From the NCBI GenBank assembly GCA_977017645.1, contig OZ360247.1:41354001-41418000 (forward strand): a stretch of DNA of 64,000 bases. The letters are read 5' to 3'. A program made the position numbers and the translations under genes. Source of the stretch: Torpedo marmorata (taxonomy: Eukaryota). This document shows, one piece after another, positions 53,699-64,000 of the stretch (its first letter is position 1; each line of letters opens with the position of its first letter). The notes under the pieces were generated by a model, which saw nothing but the letters and a program-made list of their open reading frames with translations, did no database searches and was not told the origin of the DNA.

Positions 53699-53897
53699 GC
53701 CTAACAGCACCAATAGCCTGAATACGACTGGGATTGTCTGATCTCGGAAGCTAAGCAGGCACAGGACTGGTCAGTACTTGGAGGGGAAAAATAGTGACCC
53801 TCTGTCTGCCTTACGGTAGACAAAAATTAAAGAATTTCATGTATGTTACATTCTAAATGTAGTATTACGTGATAATAATGGAACCTTTACCTTTACT
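53699..53897 (+). mobile_element. 5S rRNA-derived SINE (SINE3-type) with Rex1-type tail
   Basis: Head resembles 5S nt 1 to about 90, including GTCTGATCTCGGAAGCTAAGCAGG (box A) and AGTACTTGGA.GGGA (box C); then hairpin GTCTGCC-TTAC-GGTAGAC, GAATTTCATG and (ACCTTT)n end; possible TSD TTGCCT. Confidence 0.8.
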
Positions 53898-54061
53898 TTG
53901 CCTTCCCAATTCTTTCTTATTATTATCCTAGAACCCTCTGCCATCCATGTGCACCTCTTGCCCTCTCCTCAATTGTCTTTATGACTCTCTTCATCCATGG
54001 AGCCTAATGAGAGTTTAGCTTGTTCTTTGAGCAGAGTATATTTTTCTCAGTGACATTCCAG

Positions 54062-54415
54062 AGAAACACAAGACCGCAGATGCTGGAACTTGGAGCAACA
54101 AAAAAAAAAAACAAGTTGCTGGAGGAACTCAGCAGGACAGGCAGCATCTGTGGAAGTAAAGGGATCACAAAGATTTTAGGTTGAGGTCCTTCATCAGGGT
54201 TGAAACGCTGATCACTGCTTCCCTCTCCACAGATGTACCTGACTGGCTGAGTTCCTTCAGCAACTCGTTCTGTGCTATTGTTATTCTACTCCCATTACTT
54301 CCGCACTCTCAGTCCGGATGCAGGGTATCGACCTGAAATGACAATTCCTTTCTCCATACTGACGCTGCTCAACCTGCTGACTTCCTTTGGCTCCAGATTC
54401 CAGCATCTGCAGACT
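54062..54415. mobile_element. Inverted plus tandem Penelope-like termini
   Basis: GCAGATGCTGGA...GAGGAACTCAGC facing GCTGAGTTCCTTCAGCAAC, then CCAGCATCTGCAG. Confidence 0.7.
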
Positions 54416-54429
54416 CTCCATGCTAAAGG

Positions 54430-54700
54430 AACACCATATTGTGGAAGGTGTCACCTTCAAGTAAAATGTAAACTGGGGCCTCACTGTCAGGAGGACATGG
54501 AATGTTTGAATTAAGAGCAGAGAGGCTTTGTTGCTATAGCCAAAGCCACAAAATGAGATTAATATGCCATTAATCTGCTCTTCGTACAGTCTTGCTGTGT
54601 GAAAATTAATTTGTTTTATTTGCTTAAAAAAACATTAGTACATTTCAAAATTAATTTATTGGTTGTAAAATGCTTCAGGGCATCCTAATTTATGTTCCAA
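54430..54700 (+). mobile_element. DeuSINE-like relic
   Basis: TCTTGCTGTGTGAAAATT and ACATTTCAAAA...ATTGGTTGTAAAATGCTT..GG.CATCC, resembling SacSINE1 Deu domain and tail. Confidence 0.55.
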
Positions 54701-54826
54701 TGTATCATTTTTATTGTGGTATGCTTGTAGTATGTTAACCTCTGGCCTGCCTTCATTTAAGATCGATAGATAAAGCTTCAAACTTCTCTCTTCATATCTA
54801 AGACATCAAGTTTATTTTCACATGTA

Positions 54827-55030
54827 CAGTAAAACCCCCGGTATCCAGCACCAATGGGTATTGGAAGCTGCCACATAAGTGAATTTTCCGGTTGCTTGAG
54901 ATTGCGGGTTGCACGATTGGTGAACAAACAGCAAGGCACACCAATTTTCAACTTCTGTATTTTTCACCTATTTCTTTTCTGCTTTTTTTTTTGCCGGTTG
55001 CTTGAATTCCAGATAACAGGTGTTCTACTG
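54827..55030. mobile_element. Second copy of the about 205-bp pogo/Tc1-mariner MITE
   Basis: CAGTAAAACC...TTCTACTG with TA flanks; colinear with the reverse complement of 26267-26472. Confidence 0.85.
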
Positions 55031-55894
55031 TAACCAAGAAGCAGTGAAAAGGTTTGTTTAGTAATCAGCTCGTAGAATAGCAACATTATTTTGTCATGTG
55101 AGGCTTGCTTAGGAATCTGGCACTGGAGGAAAATAAACTGTCCTTGAATCTGGTGGTACATGATCTCATACCTTCCTTCCTGAAGGGAGAAGGGTAAAGA
55201 GGGTTGTGGCTAGGGTGGGATGAGTCTTTTAACATGTTGGCTGTTTTTCCAAGTCAGCAGGAAGTACAGGTGTAGTCCACGGAGGGGACAGGGGGATTGT
55301 ATGATCTGAGCTGTGTTCACCTCTCTAACTCCAAGAGATTACCGCTCCCCCCTCCTCCTGTTTGCTGTTGTGCCCTCCCTCTCTTATCCGCCTCCTATTA
55401 CCTCCTGCCTGTGGGCCTGTGCTCCTCCCCCAGCCCCTCCCCACAATTTTGTTCAGGCACCTGCCTATATTTTGCTCCTATCTTGTTGAAGGGCTCAAAC
55501 CTGAAACATAGGCTATGTTTCTTTATCTTTATCTTTGTTATACAAAGAACACATGCTGAGTTTCTCCAGCATTGTGCAGAGATTGTGTTTTTACCAGAGA
55601 TTACTTTTATTAGCTGGACTACCTCACTGTGATTTGCACAGCTGGGTGTGTATAGTTTGACCAGACAGATGGTCTGATCATAATTCCTATAATTACTATC
55701 CTACCGTTTCTCAGTATGGTTAGACCTTCTTTTATTTTGGTGATTGTTGTTCTGCAATTATTAAGTGTAGCCCTGCAGTGCACTGATGAATAAGCTTCTA
55801 AAGTTTGTTGTTGGTGCTGAAGCTTTTGGAAACATTCTGACATAAGGGAAGGTGGCACATAAATGCAGCTTTTGTTTCTCTTTCATTTTAATTT

Positions 55895-56126
55895 TGATTT
55901 AGACACACAGCACGGTAATAGGCCCTTCTGGCCTGCCAGCCCGTGCCGCCCAGTTAACCTACAACCCCCGTACATTTGGAAGGGTGGGAGGAAACCGGAT
56001 CACCCAGAGGAAATCCACGCAGACATGGGGAGAACGTGCAAACTCCTTATGGACAGCGCCGGATTCGAACCCAGGTCGCTGCTGCAGCAATAGCATTGTG
56101 CTAACCGCTACACTAACTGCTGCCCC
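55895..56126 (-). mobile_element. V-SINE (HE1-like)
   Basis: GGGAGGAAACCGGA...GGGGAGAACGTGCAAACTCC and GGATTCGAACCC. Confidence 0.88.
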
Positions 56127-56251
56127 TTGCATGTTGAGCAAATGTTTCACAATGACTACCATTTCTTTCTAAATCTTGATCCTTGGCTATTTCAACATTA
56201 TTCATAGAGAATGCTGCCCTGGTTTCCTTTTTTTTTGCCAATTTCTATTTT

Positions 56252-59200
56252 CTTTCTTTTAATAATATTTTTATTGAATTTTACAAGGATAAACAAAGCA
56301 GGAGGAAGTCAGGAGAACACGACCCAGTCCTCATCGAAGGCTCAGTAGTGGAGAGGGTCAAGAACTTCAAATTCTCGGGTGTCAACATCTCCGAGGATCT
56401 GTCCTGGAGCCTCCACATTGATGAAATCACAAAGAAGGCTCGCCAGCAGCTATACTTTGTGAGGTGTCTGATGAGATTCAGTATGTCTCTGAAGACTCTC
56501 GTAAACTTCTACAGGTGTACCGTGGAGAGCATTCTGGCTGGTTGCATCACTGCCTGGTATGGAGGCGCCAACTCTCAGGACAAGAATAAACTCCAGAGCA
56601 TTGTTAACTCGGCCTGTGACATCACAGGCACCAGACGTCACTCCATCGAGGACATCTACACAAGGCGGTTGTCTTAAAAAAGCAGCCTCTGTCCTCAAAG
56701 ACCCCCTCCACCCAGGCCATGCCCTCTTCACTCTGCTTCCATCGGGAAAAAGGTACAGGAGCCTAAAGACGAGCACTCAACGGCACAAGGACAGCTTCTT
56801 CCCCGCTGCCATCAGATTCCTGAATAATCAATGAACCAAAGACACTGCCTTACTTTTCGTGCACTATTATTTATATTTTTTTTATAGTAATGTCGTAAGA
56901 TGGTTATAATATGAATGTTTGCACTATGATGGTGCCGCAAAACACCGAATTTCATGACTTGTTCATGACAATAAATTCTGATTCTGATATACAGAAAATT
57001 TGTAAAGTACACAACATAGATGTCAAAAAGTAAAGAACACAACAAGATTGTCAAACTTATAAAGCACATCCATGTTATACAAGCACAATTTATAAGTTTA
57101 TCCCAAAAAGCCCTCAACTCTTTAGCCCCATCTATAAACCAGAATTTTATATTTAAAAGTGTGTTTCGTTGCTGGAGTAACACATTAATTTGCTGGAAGT
57201 CGGGTTTTATATTTAGAAAAGAAAAAAGGAAAAGAGAAAAAATGAATGAAAAAAAAGTTTTTTTTAACTGAGGTTCTGAAAATAATTCAGGAAAGGTCCC
57301 CACACCATTTGAAACTTTTTGTTTGTATTACTAATTGAATAGTGAATCTTTTCTAGATTTAAACAAGACATAATATCCCTCAGCCACTGAGCGTCGGTGG
57401 GCGGGGCAGCATCTCTCCATTTTTTTAATACCGCACATCTAGCCAAAGGAGAGGCGAAGGACAGAGTGCGACATTTGATTGGAGTTAAACAAACATCGTG
57501 TTCTCCAGTGGTACAAAAAAGGGCAACCAAAGGGTTGGGTTCCAGATTTAAATTAAGGATTAGGGACAAGGTTTGGAACACATCCCTCCAGTATTTTTCA
57601 AGGCTAGGACACGTCCAGAACATGTGAATAAGGAAAGCTTCACCTCTCCTACATTTGTCACAACAAGAATCCACATTTGAGTAAATACGAGATAATTTGA
57701 CTTTGGGCATATGAGCCCTATGCACAACTTTAAATTACAACAGACAGTGACGGGCACAGAGGGAAGAAGAATTAACCAACTTAAAAATTAAATCCCAAAC
57801 CTCATCTGACAGTGAAAGGTTTAAGTCCTGTTCCCAGGCAGTTTTGATTTTATCAAGAGGGGCACGTCTTAAACCTGCCAACTTATCATAGATAACAGAT
57901 ATTAAACCTTTGCGTGAGGGTCGTAAACTAAGAAACACATCAACAATATTCATACCAGATATCCCAGGGACGTTTGGTAACTGAGAGTGGAGAAAATGCC
58001 TGATTTGCAGATATCTGAAAAAATAACTATTTGGCAGATTGAATTTTTCAGAAAGTTGTTCAAATTATGATAAAAAAGCTCAATACCCATTCTATACCAT
58101 ACTTGAAATGCAGAATCATGTAAAGAAGGTTGGAAGAGATGATTGGATAGAGTAGGACTTGAAAGAGAAAAACCACAAAAACCAAAATGTTTTCTGAACT
58201 GATCCCATACTCTCTCAGTATGCCTGATAACCGGATTATCAATTGATTTATTTAAGGAAAGAGGAAGTGAGAATCCAAGATGTGCTGGAATGGAAAAGTT
58301 TTTAACAGAATTCAACTCCATTGCTACCCATAATGGACAGTCAACTTGGTTATGAAAGTATAACCAAAACGTAAGGTTGCGTATATTGGCCGCCCAGCAG
58401 TAAAATTGGAAATTAGGCAGCACCATGCCTCCATCCCTTTTAGATTTTTGAAGATGAACTTTATTTAGTCGAGGGTGCTTACCCTTCCATATATAGGACG
58501 ATATAACAGAATCTAATGAGTAAAAAAAAAATTAGGAATGAAAGTCGGTATAGACTGGAAAAAAAAATTTAGGCAAAATATTCATTTTGATAGAGTTAAT
58601 TTGGCACACCAGGGATGTAGACGGGTGACCACTGCGTTAGGCACTGTTTCATGTGGTTTAACAGTGAGAATTTTTTCTTTAAAAAGACACGTTTTCTTGT
58701 GACTGTAATACCAAAATAAGTAAATTGATTTTGCACAATCTTAAAAGGAAAGTTAGTATACACTGATGTAAGTTTATTCACAGGGAAAAGTTCACTTTTA
58801 TGTAAATTTAGTTTGTATCCTGAGAACTGACTGAATTGGGTGAGTAATGACAGCATGGGGGGTAGAGAGGTATCAGGGCTTGATATGAAAAGCAAGAGAT
58901 CATCCGCTTAAAGAGAAACTTTATGTTCAACTCCCTCCAAATCCCTGAGATATCCTCACAACTTTGGAACGCGATTGCTAATGGCTCTATGGCCAGATCA
59001 AAAAGTAATGGGCTTAAAGGGCACCCTTGATGGGTTTCCCGTTGGAGATTGAAAGGTTGTGACTGTTGAAAGTTGGTGAGGATTGAAGCAGTAGGGCACA
59101 AGTACAGTAATCTTATCCATGTAATAAAACTTGGTCCAAAATTGAATTTTTCTAAAATCGCAAATAAATACTTACACTCCACACAGTCAAACGCTTTCTC

Positions 59201-62200
59201 CGCATCTAGAGAAAGAACACATTCAGGAACCACATCCGAGGGTGAGTACAAAATATCAAATAGATGACGCACATTAAAATAAGAGTAGCGGTTTTTAATA
59301 AAGCCGGTTTGATCTTCGGATATAATTGATGGTAAAATGTTCTCCAATCTGCGGGCCAAAACGTTAGCCAAAATTTTGATATCAACATTTAATAAAGAGA
59401 TTGGCCTATAGGAGGAGCTCTATGTTGGATCTTTACCTTTCTTTACAGCAAGAATGATACATGCCTCTTTGAATGATGCTGGAAGTTTACCTTGTTTAAA
59501 CGAGTCAGATAGTACAGAACTTAGATGAGATGAAAGCAAAGAAGAGAATGATTTAAAAAATTATGCAGGAAACCCATCAGGACCTGGGGATTTTCCAGAT
59601 TGCAATGAAGAGATAGCTGCAACTATTTCATCTAATCTCTTTTTGTTATCGTGGAAACTGTAGGGATGTTTAAACGATTTAAGAAATTCTCCCATCAAAC
59701 TGTTATCATTTGGAAATTCAGAAGTATGAAGTCAAGAATAGAAATTCCTGAATGTATCATTAATCATAGAGTGATGCGAAGTAACGTTGCCATCATCCAT
59801 TTGATTTTTTGTGATTTGCCGGTTTGCTTCAAATCCTCTCAACTGATTAGCTAACAGCTTACCAGGTTTGTCACCTTGGATATAGAACAAACTCTTACTC
59901 TTCAAAAGTTGACGTTCAATTGGATATGTCGAGAGGAGGTCGAATTTAGTTTGAAGTTCCACTCGCTTTTTATATAGTTCCAGATTTTTAACTTGAGTGT
60001 ATTGTTGATCTATTTCTTTAATTTTATTGATTAATTCTAATCATTCTTTATTGGCCTTCCTTTTCATATTCACTGTATAAGAAATCATCTGCCCCCGAAG
60101 GTAGGCTTTCAAAGCATCCCAAACAATCAGGCCAGAGGTTTCTACTGAGGTATTCGTATTTTTTAAAAAAAGGTAATCTGCTCCTCCATAAATTTCACAA
60201 AGCCATTATCTGACAATAGAGTCAAATTGAAATGCCAGTGTCTTTTTATTTGAGGAAGATCAGGAAAAATCATAGATAATACAACAGGGGCGTGATCTGA
60301 TATCACTATACTTTGATAATCACAAGAGCGGGTCAATGGGATCAGTTGATTGTCAATAAGAAAATAATCAATCCTAGAAAAGGTATGGTGAACATGTGAA
60401 AAGAAAGAATACTCTCTCCTATTTGGATGAAAAAAACGCAACACATCAGAGATACCATAATTTGATAGGAAGGATTGTATAAGTAAGGCAGACTTACTCA
60501 TTATGCCAGGGTTAGGAGAAGATCGATCTAGCACAGGATCTAACCAGCAATTGAAATCCCCACCAAGCACAAGGGAATATCAGCTCAGATCCGGTAAGGA
60601 AGAAAAAAAATGTTCAAAAAACCCCACATCATTCGTGTTAGGGGCATAGACGTTAGCAAAAACTACCATTTTATTATACAATTTCCATGAGACAATGATA
60701 TAACGACCGTTTGAATCTGATATTACATTGTGATGCACAAAAGGAATATTTTGATTAATAAGAATCGAGACCCACCTAGCTTTGGCCTGGAAAGTGGAGT
60801 GAAAATGTTGCCCCCTCCACCGTGCCATGAGGTGAGAATTATCAGAGCTACGAATGTGTGTTTCTTGTAAAAAAAAGCAATTGCTGTTTCAAGTTGCTTA
60901 ATGTGTGAGAACACTTTCCTTCTTTTAACAGGGTGATTAAGACCCTTGACATTCCAGCTGATGAACTTTAAAAGGCTATCCATTATCCCTGGTCGAAAAT
61001 GTCGGTTGGTAAGCACAAATGATATCAAACCTCCAGATGTCGGCCTTGAGACAGGAACATAAAACAAATACTAGAATAGAGATAAACCCTGCATAGTCAA
61101 GGTTAGTATAGACTCCTGGAAAAGTAACGACAATGAAACACCCACCCCCCTCCCTCTCCCCACCCCAAACCAAGACAGCTGTCAAAACCCACAGCAGAAA
61201 GCTCTTAAAATACCCATTTCCAACCCAAAAAAATCTTCCTGTCCCACGTATCATCATCTTCAGCTCCATTATTGTTATTCAAAATACATTTAACACTCTC
61301 AAAGCAACATTTAACTTTGTTGGAAGCACAACCATGTAAGAAAAAAAACTAATTCCTCTTAAAATTTCTTAATGTAGTTCTGAAAAGTATACTATAAAAT
61401 AGAAATATAACCTACTACTTTAAAAAAAAGTATAAACTTTCCCGATAATCTTCTCACAGAAACTGAATAGATCACTAAATTTAAGGCAGAGGACTACAGC
61501 CCAAGTGGGTATTTTATCCCATAAAATGTTACTAAGGCAGGGAGGGCCTCGCCACCCGAATACTGTATGACATAGGCTAGAAAAATTAGAAGTAATAATA
61601 GTCAATCAGCCACCAACACCAAACAGACATTTACAATGGGCGCGATGGCGAGGGAAGACCGTATGTATAACTCCGTGCCTCATCGATTGAGGGCAGCCAC
61701 TTATGCCCGCTGGGGAGTGTGATGCGGAGTCGTGCAGGATACAGCAGGGAGGGCTTGAGTCCTCGATTATATAGATCCGACATTACCTCCCGGTACTCGG
61801 CTCATTGATTCAGGACTTCGGGACTGTAATCCTCCACAACCCGGATCTGCTGACCACGGCATTCCAGTTTCCCTCTCTGCCGGGCCTCATGTCCTTTATC
61901 TGATAGCGATGTAGATGGATAATAACCGAACGCGATCTCTGCCCCAGAGCCGGTTTAGGTACTAATGGGCGGTGAGCTCTATCAATCTCCGACGGAGATG
62001 GGAGCATCTCATTCCCAAAAACCTCGCATAGCAAATCAGAGAAGAATTTTGAAGGGTGTCCTCCTTCAATAGATTCCACCAAGCCCAGGATACGTAGGTT
62101 TTGCGGTCTGCTCCGGCCTTCCAGGTCAACGACTTTAGCCATTAGCTTCGAATTACTTTCTCGTAGGTTGGGGCAAACATCCTCTAAATCATTAACACGC

Positions 62201-62572
62201 TGGCTCAGGTCGCCCGAAGTGAGCTCCAGAGATGATAGTTGTTGGCCGTGCTCATCCACTAATTCCCGGACTTGATCGAATTTGATTTCTAGCAAGTTAA
62301 AAGAAGTTTTGAAGTCAGCTGCTAACGCCTGTCTGAGTTGGTTCAGTAGCTTGGAAATAGCCTCTATTGTTAGGCTAGTTGCCGTTTCTTCTTTTTACCC
62401 AGATTTACCACTTTTTGTAGCCATTTTGAGGCAAATACAAATAAAAGAAGAGCAAAATGCAAAATCTGTATTACTTTGGTGTGAAATAAAGAGGTGAAGG
62501 AGTGAAAAAATAGAAAGTAGGCAGGAACTCCTGATCTTTGCTTCTACACCATACTGCTGCCAACCGGAAGTC
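56252..62572 (-). mobile_element. Full-length, decayed L1 (5' UTR, ORF1, long spacer, ORF2, 3' UTR)
   Basis: 15-bp TSD GCCAATTTCTATTTT (56237-56251, 62573-62587) at a TTT/AAAA site; 5' GACTTCCGG; ORF1 from 62424 (DLEGRSR..NLRILGL, EIDRAHR); ORF2 60983-57264 (SWNVKGL, GGDFN, SRIDYFL, SDH, DQTGF, SLDAEKAFD, QGCPLSPLLF, CDKC..HMFWTC); many frameshifts. Confidence 0.95.
56298..56988 (+). mobile_element. Young Rex1/Babar 3' fragment inserted in the L1 3' UTR
   Basis: Nearly identical to 29765-30440, including the ACAATAAATTCTGATTCTGA tail. Confidence 0.93.
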
Positions 62573-62794
62573 GCCAATTTCTATTTTAAATATGGTTTGT
62601 GGTGTTCTATCAATGATTTAGTTCATAAAACTCATTTCCTTCCACATCCCCTCCTATTTATGTATCTGGGAATATAAATAATCTGTTTTGGTCTTCTGAC
62701 TTGATCCATTAGAAGCAGTAAAATTGCCAACACTGATTCCTAATGGAGCAAACTTATCTTCTCCCTGCTGACACAAAGTGCCTGTCCTAAGAAA

Positions 62795-64000
62795 TTCAGC
62801 AGATATTGCAGCATCTACGGAAGCATTGTTTTGGGTTGAGGCAGTGCAATAGGTCTGGGTACAGAGGGAAGGTAGCCAGTATAATGAGGTGAGAGGGAGG
62901 GGTGAGACAGCGGTCGTAGGCGATAGGTAACCCCAGGTGAGATGGGGGATGATGGTCAGGTGGAGCAGTTAGGGAAGGGTGAGAGGGGAGTTTAGAGTTG
63001 GTGGGTAATAAAGACTTAATGATCAGGCGGATGGAGCCAGGTGGGTGGTAGGGGAGAGGCAGGGTTGGCGCCAAGGGGGGGGCATTCGCGGGCATTGCCC
63101 CCCAAACGAGGTGTTGTGACCCCCACACGCTTGCAGCCATCGCCCCCCAGACCACTGTCAGACCCATTCGCGCCCCCTGACTACGGTCAGACCCACCCCT
63201 GCCTCCGTCACTAGCGTGCATCAAGCGTCACTAGCGATGCTTGACGCACGCTAGTGACGCTAGAGACTCTCCGCAACCACGTAATATAAGCAGCGCTTTC
63301 GTCGGCTACGTCGGAGGACGTTAATGTTTGGCAGGTAGGCACTACCACCAGCAGCACCCCCCCCCGCTGAGCGTTAGATTGTGCCTCCCCCGGTTACCCT
63401 AATGCCCCCCGCTAAGACTCGTTCTGGCGCCGACCCTGGGGAGAGGGAAGGTGGAGCCGGAGCTGGAAGGTGATGTGGAACCAGTTAAGAGAGGTGTAGG
63501 AAGGATAGGCCAAAGGAAAAGAGGCCTAGATGAATGTGTGCACAGGTGATGGGCACGTGGAATCTGGCAGGGGAGGGTAGAGAATTAAGGTAATGAGGAA
63601 TGGAAAAGGTGAACAAAGAGAACCTAGGTGGATCAGCGGGAACAAGAAGTGAACACTGGAATGGCCATTTTACAGCCACTAACAGTGCCAGAACTATTTC
63701 CACTCAATAACTTCTCTTTTGATTCTGCCTACTTTCCACAAATCAAAGGTATGGCCTCGGGCACTGGTCCTAGCTACACTTGTATTTTTGTTGCCTATGT
63801 GGAACTGTCCTTGTTCCAAATCTACTCTGCCATTTCAACTCTTTCTCTGCTGCATCAACAAGTGTGTTGATGCCACTTACTGCACTCGTGCGGAACTCAT
63901 CAACGTTATCACCTTTGCAATTAACTCCCACCTTGCCCTCAAGTTCACTTGGACCATTTCTGACACTTCTCTCCATTCTCTTAATCTCAATAGACAAACT
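62795..64000. mobile_element. Penelope-like element: inverted terminal segment followed by + strand RT relic
   Basis: LNNFSFDSAYFPQIKGMA.G..PSYTCIFVAYVE and ALKFTWTISDTSL are PLE RT motifs; the purine-rich inverted UTR upstream fits the usual PLE arrangement. Confidence 0.75.
63060..63438. mobile_element. Young CpG-rich hAT MITE with central palindrome
   Basis: 14-bp TIR CAGGGTYGGCGCCA and perfect 8-bp TSD GGGAGAGG (63052-63059, 63439-63446). Confidence 0.92.

Noticed and set aside
53699-53790. Functional 5S rRNA gene
   Set aside because: Divergent 5' part, lacks the last roughly 30 nt and the T-run terminator, and is fused to a retroelement tail.

Overview
Vertebrate genomic DNA, most likely a cartilaginous fish, judged from the repeat complement (HE1/V-SINEs, SacSINE1-like DeuSINEs, abundant CR1, Rex1/Babar, Penelope-like and fish-type L1 elements). 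The window holds one host gene on the + strand, ZNF652, with five coding exons (6911-8140, 25546-25693, 33239-33354, 39448-39592, 43417-43898). All four internal introns are GT-AG with compatible phases; the promoter and first exon are not visible. The main observation is that the first coding exon is open for 122 codons upstream of the Met that corresponds to the mammalian ZNF652 start. That extension resembles the BTB/POZ domain of the paralogue ZBTB47, which mammalian ZNF652 lacks. The rest of the window is a dense, nested transposon landscape: a full-length decayed L1 with TSDs, an open L1 ORF1 running off the left edge, young Rex1 copies, CR1s, a solo LTR, pogo/Tigger and hAT MITEs, Penelope-like remnants carrying hammerhead-ribozyme-like motifs, a 5S-rRNA-headed SINE with a Rex1-type tail, a 48-bp VNTR and a 475-N assembly gap. 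Family assignments and protein comparisons come from recalled motifs, not database searches.
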